A stretch of 64,000 nucleotides of DNA from the human T2T-CHM13v2.0 reference genome, Homo sapiens, in assembly GCF_009914755.1 (NCBI RefSeq), contig NC_060947.1. One strand, written 5' to 3'. A program made the position numbers and the translations under genes. Below the pieces are notes generated by a model. The model did no database searches. It had not been told where the DNA came from and saw nothing but the letters and a program-made list of their open reading frames with translations. Within the stretch, counting starts at the first letter, position 1. Every line of letters starts with the position of its first letter. Below, piece by piece: positions 1-21,080 of the stretch.

Positions 1-3210
<3,210 letters not shown>

Positions 3211-4079
3211 GTGATCATTATCAATCCTCTGAAAACAAATGAGCAACAAATATTTTCTGGCAGTGTACTTAGCTCCATCAAAGGAGTGCTGGGTGAAATA
3301 AAAATGTTATGCTCTGGTCACTACCCTAATAGAAATCTTTAGAATCCTGTTAGAAAATCATTTCCAATGTCTGAAGCAAACCTGCAAACATTACAAGAAT
3401 TAATTGCTGAACTGCTTGAGATGTACTAGATATGTTATTCAAATTTAGGTGTATTTCGTGGCACATTTCTGACATGGGTATTTCTAAATTTTCAAAATAT
3501 ATCGAGAGAAAGAGATTAACTCTCTGAAAATGTCTTTTTGTTCATGATTTCCTAGACAAAAATCCTTTCTTGTCATTGCTTTTGAAAAAGATAATCTAGG
3601 CCCCTATTTGTATCATCACGGTTATCAAACTTTAATGCAGTGTCAGTGTTTGATGTGAAGATTAGATTGTCCTGAATTTGGCCAGTCTGGGCCATATGTG
3701 GGAGGCATTATAATTTGATTCTGTTCACTTAAGAAGTATATCTTTTAAAATCATTTGAGTGCAACACTATATTGAAATGATTGTTAGTGTTCTCTCTTGC
3801 ATCACAGTTGATGTATCCCATCATATAAGGATGTTTTCAGACCTGTAAGCCCTCATATTAATAGTAAATCTTTGCTCATCTTTGAACTCTGGATTGACAC
3901 ACTGTTCTCTCATTTCCTTTTGAATTGTTCCACTGCTCAGGGTTCTTTGTGGCAAGTAAGCACCACTGTTTAGAACTAACAAATACCAATCAACTCAGGC
4001 TTAGGGATTCAACTTGATTAAGGACCAGTGAGATTTGTATATCTGTGTCTTTAGAGTCTACCTGTTTACCAAGCTGTAC

Positions 4080-4240
4080 TGGACCGGGAGTCAGCTTTAG
4101 CTTTACATTGAACTAGCTGTGTGACTTTGGGAAAATTACTCTCTGGATCTATTTGGGAAAATAATTTATCTGGATCTTGGTTTCCTTATCTATAAATGAA
4201 AACATTTACACTAGGTTGTCTTAACTTTAAGATTCTGTAA
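4080..4240 (+). mobile_element. MIR fragment
   Basis: MIR core-like 'actagctgtgtgactttgggaaaattact...tttccttatctataaatg'. Confidence 0.6.
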
Positions 4241-4359
4241 CTCCAATGCAAAGTAAACAAAGACCAGGTGAAACCATTTGGCAAACTTAATGCAAGCTAA
4301 TTTCTCCTATTGAAGATAAGACTAAACTATCACCATTCCGAAGCCCACTCCTCTTCCTA

Positions 4360-4660
4360 CCTCTCTTACAATTTAAATCTAACCTACCTTTGAAAGTCAA
4401 CTACATCTCCATCACTTCCATGAAGTCTTTCCTGATAACACAACAACCTCCAGTGGTATCTTTTTTTCAATTATAGGATTAATTATCATCACTACACTTA
4501 GTCTTCTCTATCACCTTGTATTGTTGTTTAATTTTAGTGCTTTTGAGGTCAGGAATGATGAGTTATGAACATTTATATTGCCCAAAGCACATTGTCCAGT
4601 ATTTCATATGCATAATAGGTTCTAGATTTGTTGAATTAATGTTGAAGGAATGAATGGAGT
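4360..4660 (+). mobile_element. L2 3' fragment
   Basis: 'cacttccatgaagtctttcctga' and the L2 3' end 'tttgttgaattaatgttgaaggaatgaatg'. Confidence 0.55.
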
Positions 4661-5152
4661 TTAAAAATCATTCTGAACCATTTTCCCAAATTCACAATGC
4701 AAAAGTGATTGAATTTTTCCCACCTTTCTTTCCCAAAAAAGATGCATAATTTTGACAATATTATACGAAATCTAAAGTACACTTTGGAATTTACCTTAAA
4801 TATAAATCCCTTTCCTTCTAGTCTCCTAATTTTCCTCTTTAAAAAGATTGAGAATACTTCCTTTTTAGAGTGGCCTGCCGTAGAAACATTTGTATTTTCC
4901 TTCTATATTCCTTAGAATACAATGCATTTTGATCAGCCAGTGTATGAATGGCGTTTTGTTTTCTATTACCTTTTTAGGAAACATGACAAATGGCATTGTT
5001 ACTCCTCAAGGGAGTGTTTGGTTACTTGCGCTCACCAGAGCCAGTTCTCTAGGATTTGATGGAAACAGATGCTAGCATTCCCATCACAAGGTGTATCTCC
5101 AGTGTATAAGTGTTGACAGAAGCAAAGTCAAACAATATTCAGGTCAACATTT

Positions 5153-5424
5153 AATTTTTTTATTTTTAATTATTGTAGGTTCATAGCAGGTATATGTATT
5201 TATGGGGTATGTGAGATGTTTTGATACAGGCATGCAATGCATATTAATCACATCATGGAGAATGGGGTATCCATCCCCTCAAGCATTTATCCTTTGTGTT
5301 ACAAACAATCCAGTGTAACTGGATTGTTTAGTTATTTTAAAATATACAATTAAGTTATTGACTATAGTATCTCTGTTGTGCTATCAAATTGTAGATCTTA
5401 TTAATTTTTTCTATTTGTTTTGTA
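5153..5424 (-). mobile_element. 5'-truncated L1MA-type 3' end with 14-bp TSD
   Basis: L1MA 3'UTR 'ggggtatgtgagatgttttgatacaggcatgcaatg'. TSD tcaggtcaacattt at 5139-5152 and 5425-5438. Confidence 0.9.
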
Positions 5425-7569
5425 TCAGGTCAACATTTGATTAGATTCATTATAGATATTAGTCCAGCTTATTCCGGTTCCTTGAGAATTTGCCACCGAG
5501 TGTCTTATCAGTCCCTCATTATCCTTCTTAGTCTGCATTGAGAATGTGTTAGAACAAGTGCTTAGCAACTCAAAATTCATCTAGCCTGGGAGACTTGGAA
5601 GAAACATTTTAGCTTTGGCCTCATGCTGTGGGAGCCATGTTGTTTCTCTGTCAGGTTGAGGCTGTGCCGCACTTACGGAAATTAGCCCAAAAAAATTGTT
5701 TTCTCTCTCCTTTTCTGTACCAGAATGAGACTCCAGGGTATAAGCAAAATTGATGTTGCTTGAAGAAATTTCAAAGGTTCCCAACTCCCAGAGCTCAAGT
5801 AGCCACGGAAATAAGCACTGGCCAAAAAATGTACTTAGACTTGATGGTAATTGGGAACCATTTGAGGGAAGGGAACTAAACATGTACTACGTGATGTTAC
5901 TTCGTAGAATAAGAAAGGCTTGTGTTGAATTGGTATTTTAAAGAATAATGGGGAAAAATTGGGCTTCTTTGTGTGGGTTTGTAAGGTGGTGTGAGGGCAG
6001 CGTGTTGGCAATACCTAGGCAGGATTGAAGGTGATAATATAAATTGAATATATTTCTGGTAAAGGATTTTTGAAAATAAAATAAACTAATGTTTTCTTAG
6101 ATTCACTCCTACTTTATTTTCTTAAAGAAATAGTAACCCTTCCTATTGGTATGTCAGGAAAAGATAATTTGTTCTTAAAATTTTACTAGAAAGAAAAGTA
6201 TATCATGTTCCCAAGTTGACTTGTATGCAAAATCAAGGTTATACTTTCCAAAATTAATGCACCTTGTTCCTCTGACCCCTTAGGCATAATTAGGGGTTTT
6301 GTGCTCTTACAAATGGACTTAGCAAATGTGGCACTGACATAATCATGGAATTCATGGTATTTTTCCCTTGTGATTATAACAATTTGGACCCCATCAAGAA
6401 ACTCCTTATTCAGCCTTTCGTTTGTTCATAAGCTGACTTCTTTTGACTTAAGAGAAGTCAGCTTATATTAGTGCTAAGCCCAAAAGAACCTTCTGCAATC
6501 ACACTGCGGGGGACCACTTTCTATGCCCTCTGCTCACATTTGTGTTCCAAATCATCAGTGTTCACTGGCCCAATTAGGCCCTCTCTAGCAACATTAGCCC
6601 TCAGAGCTTTGCTTGCCAATGTCAACATACATTCTCAGTTCCAGAATTCCACTGTCTTACCTCAAGTGTCACTTGAGCAGCCCAGGCTTTCTTATTACAG
6701 TGTTTATTTCTGTCACTGATTCATCATTTTTTATTTGTCTGACTCAAATCCAGGTAGTTTTGCTCAATCGATGGCAGGCTGTTAAACAGCATGTGTGTTT
6801 AGGGCAGCAATTCATTCATCCATTTTGACATGCACACCTGACATCTTCATTAATGCCCAGCACAAATTTCTCAGATTCCAGATCTGCTTGGTATCTCCAT
6901 ATTCCTTCTGCATCCACCTCTTTGCCACAAAAGACACTTCATGTAAATGTCACTTTTTTCAAGTTTTTCACATGTTCCACAGTGGAACCATATGCTTATA
7001 GAAATGATGCCCTTTTAGGTCTGTATCCAAACATAGCTTGTCAATGACTGCTCACAAATTCTAAGTCAGCTTATAAGCTTTTACACTTTTTCTGAAATGT
7101 TTTCTTTAGGGCTTGTAAACTTCTTCCCATGTTATTGCTTACTTGTTGTACCCCTGTGTTCTTTTTCGACATTAACTCCAACCACCTTACCACCTTTTTA
7201 TTGCCCTTTCAATTCATCACATTCAGCTGAACTGCTGCCTCAGGCAAGTGCTTCCTCTCTATGTCTGTTTATTGAGTTTGGGGCAATCTCTGTAACAGAA
7301 ATTCTGCTACAATGGTCTTTCTTCTATCCTATGACCATTTGCTAAGCTCTTGAAACATCAGTCATGTTCAGTTCTTAGAAAACCTACATTGAAGAAAAAA
7401 TAGTACTGATAATTTTATGGAATTAATTTAATATTTATAGTCAGATAGTATGAGTTGCTTACCTGAAGATGTGCAGGGAACCTCTGGAGAGCCATACTGA
7501 CAAGTAAGTTGTGGCTTAGTCTGTATGACTTGAGAGCTATTGGTTTTTCTTGTTCACATAGTTGTCACC

Positions 7570-7810
7570 ATTATTGCAATATTATAAACATTTCCTGAGT
7601 GCTCACTATGTGATAGGCACTGTGTCAAGAACTTTACATGAAGTAACTATTCAATACTCACAGTAGCCCTTCAAAGTAGGTTGTATTATTATCTCTGTTT
7701 TACAGACGAGGAAGCAGAGAAAATCAGGAGGGTAAATGACTTATTTAGGGACATACAACAAATAAGTGTTAGAATAGGCATTTGAATTTAGGCAGTATAA
7801 CCTCAGAGTT
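7570..7810 (-). mobile_element. MIR
   Basis: 'gagtgctcactatgtgataggcactgtg...ttttacagacgaggaa' is antisense MIR. Confidence 0.75.
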
Positions 7811-7859
7811 CACAAAACTCTTACCCTTCGTATTATACTGTCTTCTTATAATGATAGAT

Positions 7860-8110
7860 AACATTTATTGTGAACTTACGATGAGCCAGTCACTTATGAT
7901 GAGCTAGTATAGTTAGCCATATTGCATTCATTAACTTATTAAATCATTTCTTCAGCCCTTGAAGACAGGTGACATTATTTTTCTTTTACAGATGAAGAAA
8001 CTGAGTGAGGCTTAGAGAAAATAAACAGTCTTTAAAGTGATTAAAGTGATTCCCCTAGTAAGTAGTAGAGACAGGATTTTAACTCCTATCCTCAACCATT
8101 ATGCCATACT
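7860..8110 (-). mobile_element. MIR
   Basis: 'acatttattg...ttttacagatgaagaaactgag' MIR core. Confidence 0.7.
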
Positions 8111-9040
8111 GTACCAATAAAGGACTAAAAACCGACAAACAGAAAAGTTGATCCATGGGTTCCTACAGCCACAAGCAAAAATCATACCTTTATTCCTGCT
8201 GCTTGCAGGACCTATTAGCTGGAAGATGTTGGGCTGTATCATCAATATCCATAATTTATGTATACTTATTCCTGGGATTAAAAATGGTGGGAATTCCTAA
8301 GAAGCAGGGAAGCAATACTTTTTTTCAAGAGAGTTGGTTTACCCAAAAATGACAGACTATCTTGCCAGAAGTAGCACTAAGATAGGGTGGAATAGAAGCT
8401 GGTATACCCCAACGAAAAGTGAATATAAATAAATATGTATTACAGTGGAAACAGAAACATGGCAAAAGAAAATGTGAAGCACGGGATTGCACTGTTATAA
8501 TGCCACTTCTCCCCCACCTCCCCTAAAAAAAAAAAAAAAAGCCAGTGAACTGCTAAGATCTAGCTGTACCTGTCTATTTATAATGGAGAGATTGGTGCAT
8601 TGAAAAAACAAGATTTTTGATTGGAGAAGGTTAGAAAGATGATTTAGGAATATGAGCTGCTACCCAAGCAAGACAGGCCAGGTTGGATTTCCACAGTGGG
8701 AGGCATGAAGACCCTGGGTAGTAGCGAAAGCTGTGGTATTATTTGTGAGAAGGCCAATGAAAAGATAGAAAAATACTCTGAGACATATTTTATCTACTTC
8801 TGAAATTTAATTATGACTGACTTTAATTTCAGGCATTATTTATTTCTACTTTTGAAAATGTTTAAATTATTGAAAATAAATTAAAAGAACTTTTTTATTA
8901 TTGGTAGAACTTTATTAAAATAATATAGACATGCTTTCATTGGTCTAGCAGTCCTATGCTAAATTAAAATAAGGATCAAGAAGCTTTAACTTTACTTAAA
9001 CAGTGGCATGCTGCTCTCAGTGACTTTGTTAATACTGTGA

Positions 9041-9461
<421 letters not shown>

Positions 9462-10307
9462 TAAATGTAAATTGATATTAAATCCCAGGAGGATAGGGTC
9501 AGAAACCTATGCTGTAGGGTGGCATCAAATACTACAATTTTACAGGTAAAAAATCACACATACACACACACACACATGATGAAAGATCTTTCAAGTTCAT
9601 TATTTGAAGCAGTCATGTGGATATTACTTGCTGCCAAATCAATCTATAATTCCAGTTTCTCTAGAAAAGTGGGTTTTCTATTATATAAAAGACTACAACA
9701 ATGGAAATAGTCTGATTCATTCACAGTCTCACACACACACACAATCATTTATGGGCTGAGGATGTACATGTACCATGGCCTTCACATGCCCTTCAGGAGA
9801 AAATGAATTTTGGGGGAGAAACAGATGTTTTCTATTAAGTCAAGTTCTGTATGGTCGGAGTTTAAGGCAAAGAGTTAAGCTGAATATGGAAATTAAAGCC
9901 AATTTATCAAAGCATATTTTAAAAGACTTTCTTGTTAATACTAGAGTTTGGGCTGGGAAATTTCTGCTTCTTAACATACCGATGTTAGTAGGGATTTAAA
10001 GTTTGCTGCCAGGCTTCTCTTGGAATATTCTTCCATTGGCACAGCCCTAGAGATGCTAACTCTGAAAAACGGGATTTGGCTGGTAGCACCTGACACAGCC
10101 AATCTTGAATTTCCACTAAAGTATCTATGAAGACATAGAAAAATGATGAGAGCTCACAACAATGCTGATAATTTGGATTGACAGTCAAATTATTGCCAGA
10201 ACCAGAGAGAAATTTCCACTAGCTAAAAATCAGGAAGAAGTAGATTGAAAAGTACAATCAGCGAACCACTCATACCATGCTGCTAGAAATTTGGTAAGCC
10301 AATATAT

Positions 10308-10437
10308 CTTAATGTAAATGACGAGTTGATGGGTACAGCAAACCAACATGGCACATGTATACCTATGTAACAAACCTGCATGTTGTGCGCATGTACCCTA
10401 GAACTTAAAATATAATAAGAAAAAGAAGAAAAAAAGG
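10308..10437 (+). mobile_element. Short L1PA 3' end with A-rich tail
   Basis: 'gcaaaccaacatggcacatgtatacctatgtaacaaacctgca...cctagaacttaaa' plus tail. Confidence 0.92.
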
Positions 10438-11259
10438 AATAGGTCCAAAAAAATCTCATCTTTCCCCCCATGCAGTCTAAATCCTGGTTCCAAAACACAC
10501 ATTCTATACCCAGCAAAACAAGGAGTACTTGTCTTATTGCATGGAAAGTACTTTTTTAGATAGCTAGAAGGCTGGACACCAAACCCTAAAATATTGCTTT
10601 TTTCCCTATATATGCTTGAGCACTACTACTTCCAGCAAATAATTAGAGGAGAAGACATGAATGTGGATTTGGGATTTCTAATATGAAGTAGTGGTAAATT
10701 ATCTTCAAGGTCCATTCCCCAGAAACATAATGCTATAAGTGGGAGCAAAGAACCTTGGTAGGAAGGTATTCTGGGTATTCTAGTTTTTCATGTATTCCAT
10801 CAGTTCTGATTATCAATAAATCAGTCAGTTGGGTCAGGAGAGGATCCAATCTTAGTCCAAAGAAGGTGTATTAATGAAATCAAGTTAGACACCAAGAACA
10901 GACAGTTGAAAATATGAGATATATACATCAACCTATTGTCCCGTTGCATACTCGAGAAGGGGATTTATCTAAAACCCAGTTTGAGCTTAACCTAGGACAA
11001 TTGTTGTCTCCTAAGTATTGGCAAGCATGGGATCAAGATAGATTGGAACTCCTTTGAAAATAAGCAATGAAAGAAAAAACAATGTGGAACATATGGAAAA
11101 TTTGCAAATGGGCTAAAGGCAAATTATTTTGGAGATTTCAAGAAAGAACACATTTATAAAAATGGGTTTTTAAAGGAATCAGAAAAAATATTAGAAATTG
11201 ATGATTTTAGCTAAAATGCAAGATAACATAGCTCTTATGAAAAAGCAGACTGTAAAATG

Positions 11260-11447
11260 TAGGTGTTCACAATCTTTTGTTAGGTCATGTGACACTTATA
11301 AAATTTTCTTTTTTGAGGAAATTCTGGACTCTTTCCTCATATAAAACAAATTTGTAAATACACTCACAACTTTTTTTTTTTTTGCATTCCATTTCTGGGG
11401 TTTTACATATCCTCTGAAGCCTATGAACTTCAGTTTAAAACATCTGC
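11260..11447. mobile_element. Probable hAT-Charlie non-autonomous MER fragment
   Basis: Termini resemble MER5-group ends (aggtgttcacaa ... ttaaaacatctg); subfamily uncertain. Confidence 0.35.
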
Positions 11448-11449
11448 CA

Positions 11450-11930
11450 TCAAGGAACAAATCAAGACACAATGAAGATAATCAAGGAACTAATAAAAAT
11501 TAGGCAACAAAATGAGACTATTAAAAATGTGAGATAATCAAGATAAGGAAAAATTACAAGAAATTAAAACTCAACCACAGATGATTATTATCAGTGGAGG
11601 CTGCAGAGAACAGAATTGACAATGCTGAAAATCAGATCAGTGAGAATGTCAAATATACTTGAAAAATCATCTCAGAAAGCAGTGAAAAAGACGAAGATAT
11701 GACTCATGAGGGAGAAGATGATAAATCTGAAGAATGGATATCCAGTTTAATAATTTTAAGTATTCCTAAGAAAGAAATAAAAACAACTAAAGCCATAATG
11801 AAGCATATATTTAAAAAAACAAAGTTTCCTGAGTTGTCAAACAGCTTGAATAGGCTCATCGTAGTCTAGGTAAAATTAGTGAAAAGGGAGAAGAAAGCCA
11901 CATGCTCTAAAGTTTCTTTTAAAGTCATAG
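11450..11930 (+). mobile_element. Ancient L1M ORF1-region remnant
   Basis: A-rich sequence with 'gaacagaattgacaatgctgaaaatcagatcagtgag', typical of L1 ORF1 coiled-coil remnants. Confidence 0.55.
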
Positions 11931-12049
11931 ATGCTACTGCAAATGGCATCTTCATGCATAATCACATATTTGTTTGGCATACAAATATAGATAGCCAACA
12001 GGGATTGTAAATAATACGAAATAACAGCAGAAAAATATATAGTGCCTAA

Positions 12050-12250
12050 AACCTTGTGCTGCGGAGTCAGGCCAGTTTTACCACTTAGTAGTTGTGTGGA
12101 TTTCAATGAGATCAGTAACTCTTCTGAATCTGTTTCCACAGCTACCTCATAGGGCCCTTTGAAAATTAAATGAGGTAGTTTATATAAAATGCTTAATAAA
12201 AGGTCTAGCACTTAGGGGACACTGTGCCTAATAATATTGTTGCTATTATA
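12050..12250 (+). mobile_element. MIR
   Basis: 'ccacttagtagttgtgtgg...aaattaaatgaggtagtttatataaaatgctta'. Confidence 0.7.
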
Positions 12251-13382
12251 TTCAACAATCCACAATTGTGATATACCTAGATTGTTCATAATTTTTTGTT
12301 ATGTTTGATGCTCCAACAAATATACCAGTCTCAGCAGTCTCTCAGTAACATTATTTTACATTCAATTCTGTATTAATTTCATTAGTAAAAATTCCAGTTG
12401 TTTTAAATTCCATTACTTTGCACATCAATTTGAACATTTATTTCAAATATTTATTGGGGCCAATTGTAGTTCTTTCTCTATGAATTGCCCATGTGTGACT
12501 TTTGACATTTTTTTTGGTTTTATAATCTCAGTCATTTCATTAAGACTTGGAAAATCCTATATAATCTAAAGGTATTTGCATATTAAAAACAAAAGGAAAA
12601 CTTTGTTATAAAGTGTGCCAAAGTTTACAATATTTTTGGCCAGTGAAACCAGAGAGCATAATTTTTATGGCAGCAAGAAAATTGAAAGAAAGCTTCATAG
12701 AACAATATATGTATTCCTCTTGGGAGAATTTGTGACTTCTAGCCGAGGCTTTCCTTCAAACATGTGAAAATTAACATATCATCTGCTTTATCCATAAATA
12801 TACTCTTCGGTGATCATTTTCACTTGTAAAGTGTGCCATACTTGCAGAGCCAAAATGTTTTTTTCATTTATTCTGTTCTACTTTCTTAGTAGGCACAGAG
12901 TGGACTGGATACTTTCCAAGACTGAAATTCAGTATGATCTTACAGGATCTCAGTTCTTGGAAACTTTGTTAATGTGCGTGTAACTATTGTGACAGGGCAA
13001 GAATGTAGTCTACTAAGAGCAGAAAATTCTAAATTTAGGTGTCCTTGGCTCTGTTTTCTCAAGTTTTGTCAACATCTTCCATGCATATATTCAGAACTAA
13101 AACCTCTGTCATTGCTCTTACTGGGGCAACGTGTATCTGTTCTTCTACAGATGAGCTGCCTTAACCTCTGTGGTTTCTACCGAGCTCAAACTTGTCCATT
13201 GAAAGCATATTCTACACCGGGCATAGCTAATGTTGTGTTGTACATTCATTGATACTATGCTTTTCCCTCCCCTTTCAAAAGCACCATTACCTGTCTTCTC
13301 CCATTTCATTCCCTGTCAAATTTATTTCCCTTCTCCTGTTCCAAAAGACAAAGCCATATACCAGGCAGTAGCGTCCATCCAA

Positions 13383-13601
13383 GAGTATTTTTCAAACTGT
13401 GGATTATGACCCATTCCTGGATTATGAACTCAATTTAGTGGTTTGCAACCAGCACTTTAAAAATGACACAGAATATATCAGGGTGTATCACATATAGGAA
13501 GGCAAGTACGTTTTCATGAAACAAACATAGGAGTGTACTGGGTCCAACCTAAAGTGTATTTTGTTCTATGGGTTAAGGTCAAAAATGCTTCAGAAACAGT
13601 G
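13383..13601. mobile_element. hAT-Charlie-type MER DNA transposon remnant
   Basis: Termini gagtatttttcaaactgtgg and cagaaacagtg resemble CAGTGNTTNTCAAA TIRs. Confidence 0.5.
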
Positions 13602-13738
13602 CTATAAAGCACACTTCAGGATGCAAGACATAGATTTAGAGCTAATTTAAGGGACCTGTCAGCTGGGCAGCTGCCCTGGGTACCAATCTATAGAAGCAAA
13701 AATATTTCACAGGTACTAAAATATCACTGGAGATATAA

Positions 13739-14053
<315 letters not shown>

Positions 14054-14352
14054 TTACCAGACTCTTAAGTAGGAAAGTAGTACATGTGATAAGGTAGATG
14101 AATTGGTAGATAGAGTTGTATTGCTTAGAGCAGAGAGACTGGGCTCTGCCTCCAGTGATCTTTCTTTTCTCCATGTGCTTTCTCCATCTCCACACAGGGC
14201 TCAGCCTGCTTCTTCAATAGATGTTGAACAAATACTTTTAAACATTTGGTTTGAAGAGCTACCAAATTATTAGCCTGCTGAGTTTGCTCATATGTCTTGA
14301 CTCAAGTCTGTATAGACCTTTAATTGAGAGGGGAAAATGCTATTGTAAGAAA

Positions 14353-14830
14353 TGTATTTATTAGGATAGTAATAGCTGCTGTAACAAGTAAATCCTCAAA
14401 TTTCAGTGACTTTGCACAATACAAGATTACTTCTTATTCAAGTAATGGTCCATTATCCATTACAGGTGTCAGCAAGTAAGTGAGTAGCTTTCCTCCAAAA
14501 GATGATTCAGGAAGCTAGATATCTTCCACGCTGTGACCTTCCCACAGAGCTTTCAGAGTCTTCTGTATCTAGCCCAAGGATGGAAAAGGAGAGAGTGGAG
14601 AAGACATACCCAGTTACTACAAACTCCCATTTGAAAGTGATACCCATCACTTCTGTTCACATTCCATTGGCAAGAATTGTTTACTTGGCCACACCTGGAT
14701 CCAAGGATTGGCTGGGAATTGCAGTATCTGACTAGGCAACTGCCTTCCAGCAACATCACTACATTAAGGCATGGGGAGTGGGTGGCAGGCATGAATTTTT
14801 GATGAACATCTGGCTGTTGCAGTCACAATA
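14353..14830 (-). mobile_element. MaLR solo LTR (MLT1J/K-like)
   Basis: 'ttaggatagtaatagctgctgtaacaa...aaatttcagtgac' and 'cacttctgttcacattccattggc' are MLT1 hallmarks. Confidence 0.75.
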
Positions 14831-16198
14831 AGTTATAATACCAATCAAGGTGTCTCTAGAAATTGTCAACACAGAATTTGGAAACATATTGCTCCTCCCA
14901 TTACCATCTTTAAGCTCTTTTGCAGTGTGACAGGGTTATGTTGATCATTAATGCATTTATACATTTTTGTATAAAAGTAAGCCATTTCATTTTCTATCTT
15001 ACTAAAGTAGTGATTTGGACATCTTTACATTTAGCTGCATATTGCTTTTAGTTTAAAATGAATGTAGTTGGCAAGCATGAAGTGTATAAGATAGTAAATC
15101 CTAAATTACAGGCAGCCACCTCATTTATTCAGCTGCTGATTTCCATTTGGTTGTCCAGACAGAGCACTTTGCATTATTTGATTTGTGATATCTGGATGCA
15201 AATGGCTTTAAGTTTTGATTAAACACAAAGCTTGAAAAGGTTTAAACAGTAAGCCAGTAATATTGAAAACATTACAATCTGGTTTAGATAAACAATCATC
15301 TGAATGAATTGGATATAAACATATTTATTTTGGGCAGGAAGCACTTGTTCAGAAATTTCTCTTATGATGTGACTTATTTAAGCTTCTGGACATCAAAATA
15401 GTTCATAATTATGGATGAAAATTGTTGGCAAAGACGTTACTGCTTTATTAGAATTCTTGTCCAATATCAATATGGTGCTATTATTTGATTATTGCTTTAT
15501 CTTTTATTCTCTGATAATCAGGACAAAATATTGAAATTTGGAATATTCTAATAGCAATTAGAGTTTTCTTCAAGATACCTGTCAACAGTGTGTGACAATG
15601 GAACCCTGTGTTGCCTGTGTCTGAAATGCAATGTACAAATATCTTCAATATTATGAATGCAGATTTGTTAAATTACGGGTGATAAAAATGACTTTGCTTC
15701 AGTGAAATGATTCTAATTCTAAATTTATATAATGAATTATTCACTCTTCTTTCCCTTTTGTTTTCTGCTCTAGTTTAGTGAGCAGGTTCATTAAGTGCTA
15801 ATATTAAATTCACTAGAGTATACAAAAAAAAAAAAACCCAGTAATAGCATCCACATGGTTGATTAAATGGCAAGGTAGGAGGCTGGCCGTGGCGTTTAAT
15901 TGGAGGCATGGGAGCTGTTGGTTTCTTTGTGTAATCTGACCCTCTGAATGTTGATTCTTCTAACAAGTGACCAAGGAAAAAAGGAAAGTGGTGTCATGGG
16001 AAAATAGCATTTGCACATTTCACAAATAATTGATAAATAACCATTATGAATGTAGTCATTACTTTACATCAGTGTTTGCAATGTGTAATTCATTGAAATA
16101 TTTGTCTTGTACAACACTCCACAAGAAAGGGTTCTAGAAGCAAATAAGTTAGGGAAATGCTGGATTGTCTCTCAGAGATAATCAACAATGCATGCTAG

Positions 16199-16496
<298 letters not shown>

Positions 16497-16724
16497 CATG
16501 TTAGCATTTTATGGGATTTCATAAATCCTTTAGTTGGGAAGCCTATTTGACTTTTTTAAACCTAGAGATCTCGATTTATTTTAAGCAGCCTTTTTTTTGG
16601 TTGTTTAGTAAATATTAAACCTAATCCCTGAATCTGCCCAACTTTTTATTTTCTTATAAGAAAGAGGTGAAAAATAATGCTTATAATTTTTAAAGGGCAG
16701 AAATATTTTTGTTTTGAAAACCAA

Positions 16725-17272
16725 AGTTGAGGTATATACCAAAAATAATTCAAAACAGGTTTTGAAACAAAAAATTCCATGGGAATGTTCATGGTGGCAC
16801 TATTCACAGTAATCAAAAGGTGGAAACAATCCAAGTGTCTATCAACAGATGAATGGATAAAGAAAATATGGTAGGTCTGTATAATGGAATATTATTGGTC
16901 CATTCAAAGCAATAAAGTTGTGATACATGCTACAACATGAATGAACCTTAAAAACATGTTAAGTAAAAGAAGCCAGTAACCTACACCGTATATTATCTGA
17001 TTTCATTGGTATGAAAAGTCTGGAATAGACAAACCTATAGAGAAAGGAAGTAAATTCATAGTCTTTTAGGTCTGGGGAGGTGGGAGGGTAGGGCTATGAC
17101 AGCTAAAGGGTAAAGGATATATCTTTTTTGTGATGAAAATTTTGGAAAATTGGCTGTAGTGATAGTTGCATGTATCTGTGAATATACTAAAAACATTGAA
17201 TTGCATGTTTAAAATGTATTAGTTGTATAGTATGTATAGTATGTGAATTATATCTCAATAAAGCTGATAAAA
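16725..17272 (+). mobile_element. L1MB-type 3' end
   Basis: 'ggtggaaacaatccaagtgtctatcaacagatgaatggataa' through 'tatctcaataaagctg'. Confidence 0.88.
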
Positions 17273-17759
17273 ATGATAATCACCATTTGGTTAATACACA
17301 AATATCCGTAAGTTCCTCTTCTTAAATATGAAGCATATTTTTAAAAGGCAGGGATTATCCTGTTAAAGCTTCTCAGTATTTTATGATTTTTCAGTTTAAA
17401 TCATCAATAGCAATATTGTACACCTCAAAATTGGTACATCATATAATAATATGGGCTATATGTGGATGGATATTTGTTCATATGTAGATATACATATTTT
17501 CAAGTGACCTGTTTTGGAGAAATATGTAAAGGTATTTAAAATTATATTACCAGCATACTTTCAAAAAGTTCTAGGGGAAATATAAAGCAATATTAGTATT
17601 ATCCCTGACTTGTGGCAATTAAAGTAAATGCCCCACTAGAAGATACTTGGGAGAAGTTAGGTCTCAAGATTTTGTTGTGAATGTTAAGGAAATGCAGACT
17701 AATTTCTTATTTGGGGGTTTATTGTGGCTCTCGTCTCACTGGACCTTTAATCTTGGTTT

Positions 17760-21080
<3,321 letters not shown>

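Noticed and set aside
5581-5941. 100-aa and 63-aa ORFs with an acceptor-like site near 5723
   Set aside because: No recognisable homology and no strong donor.
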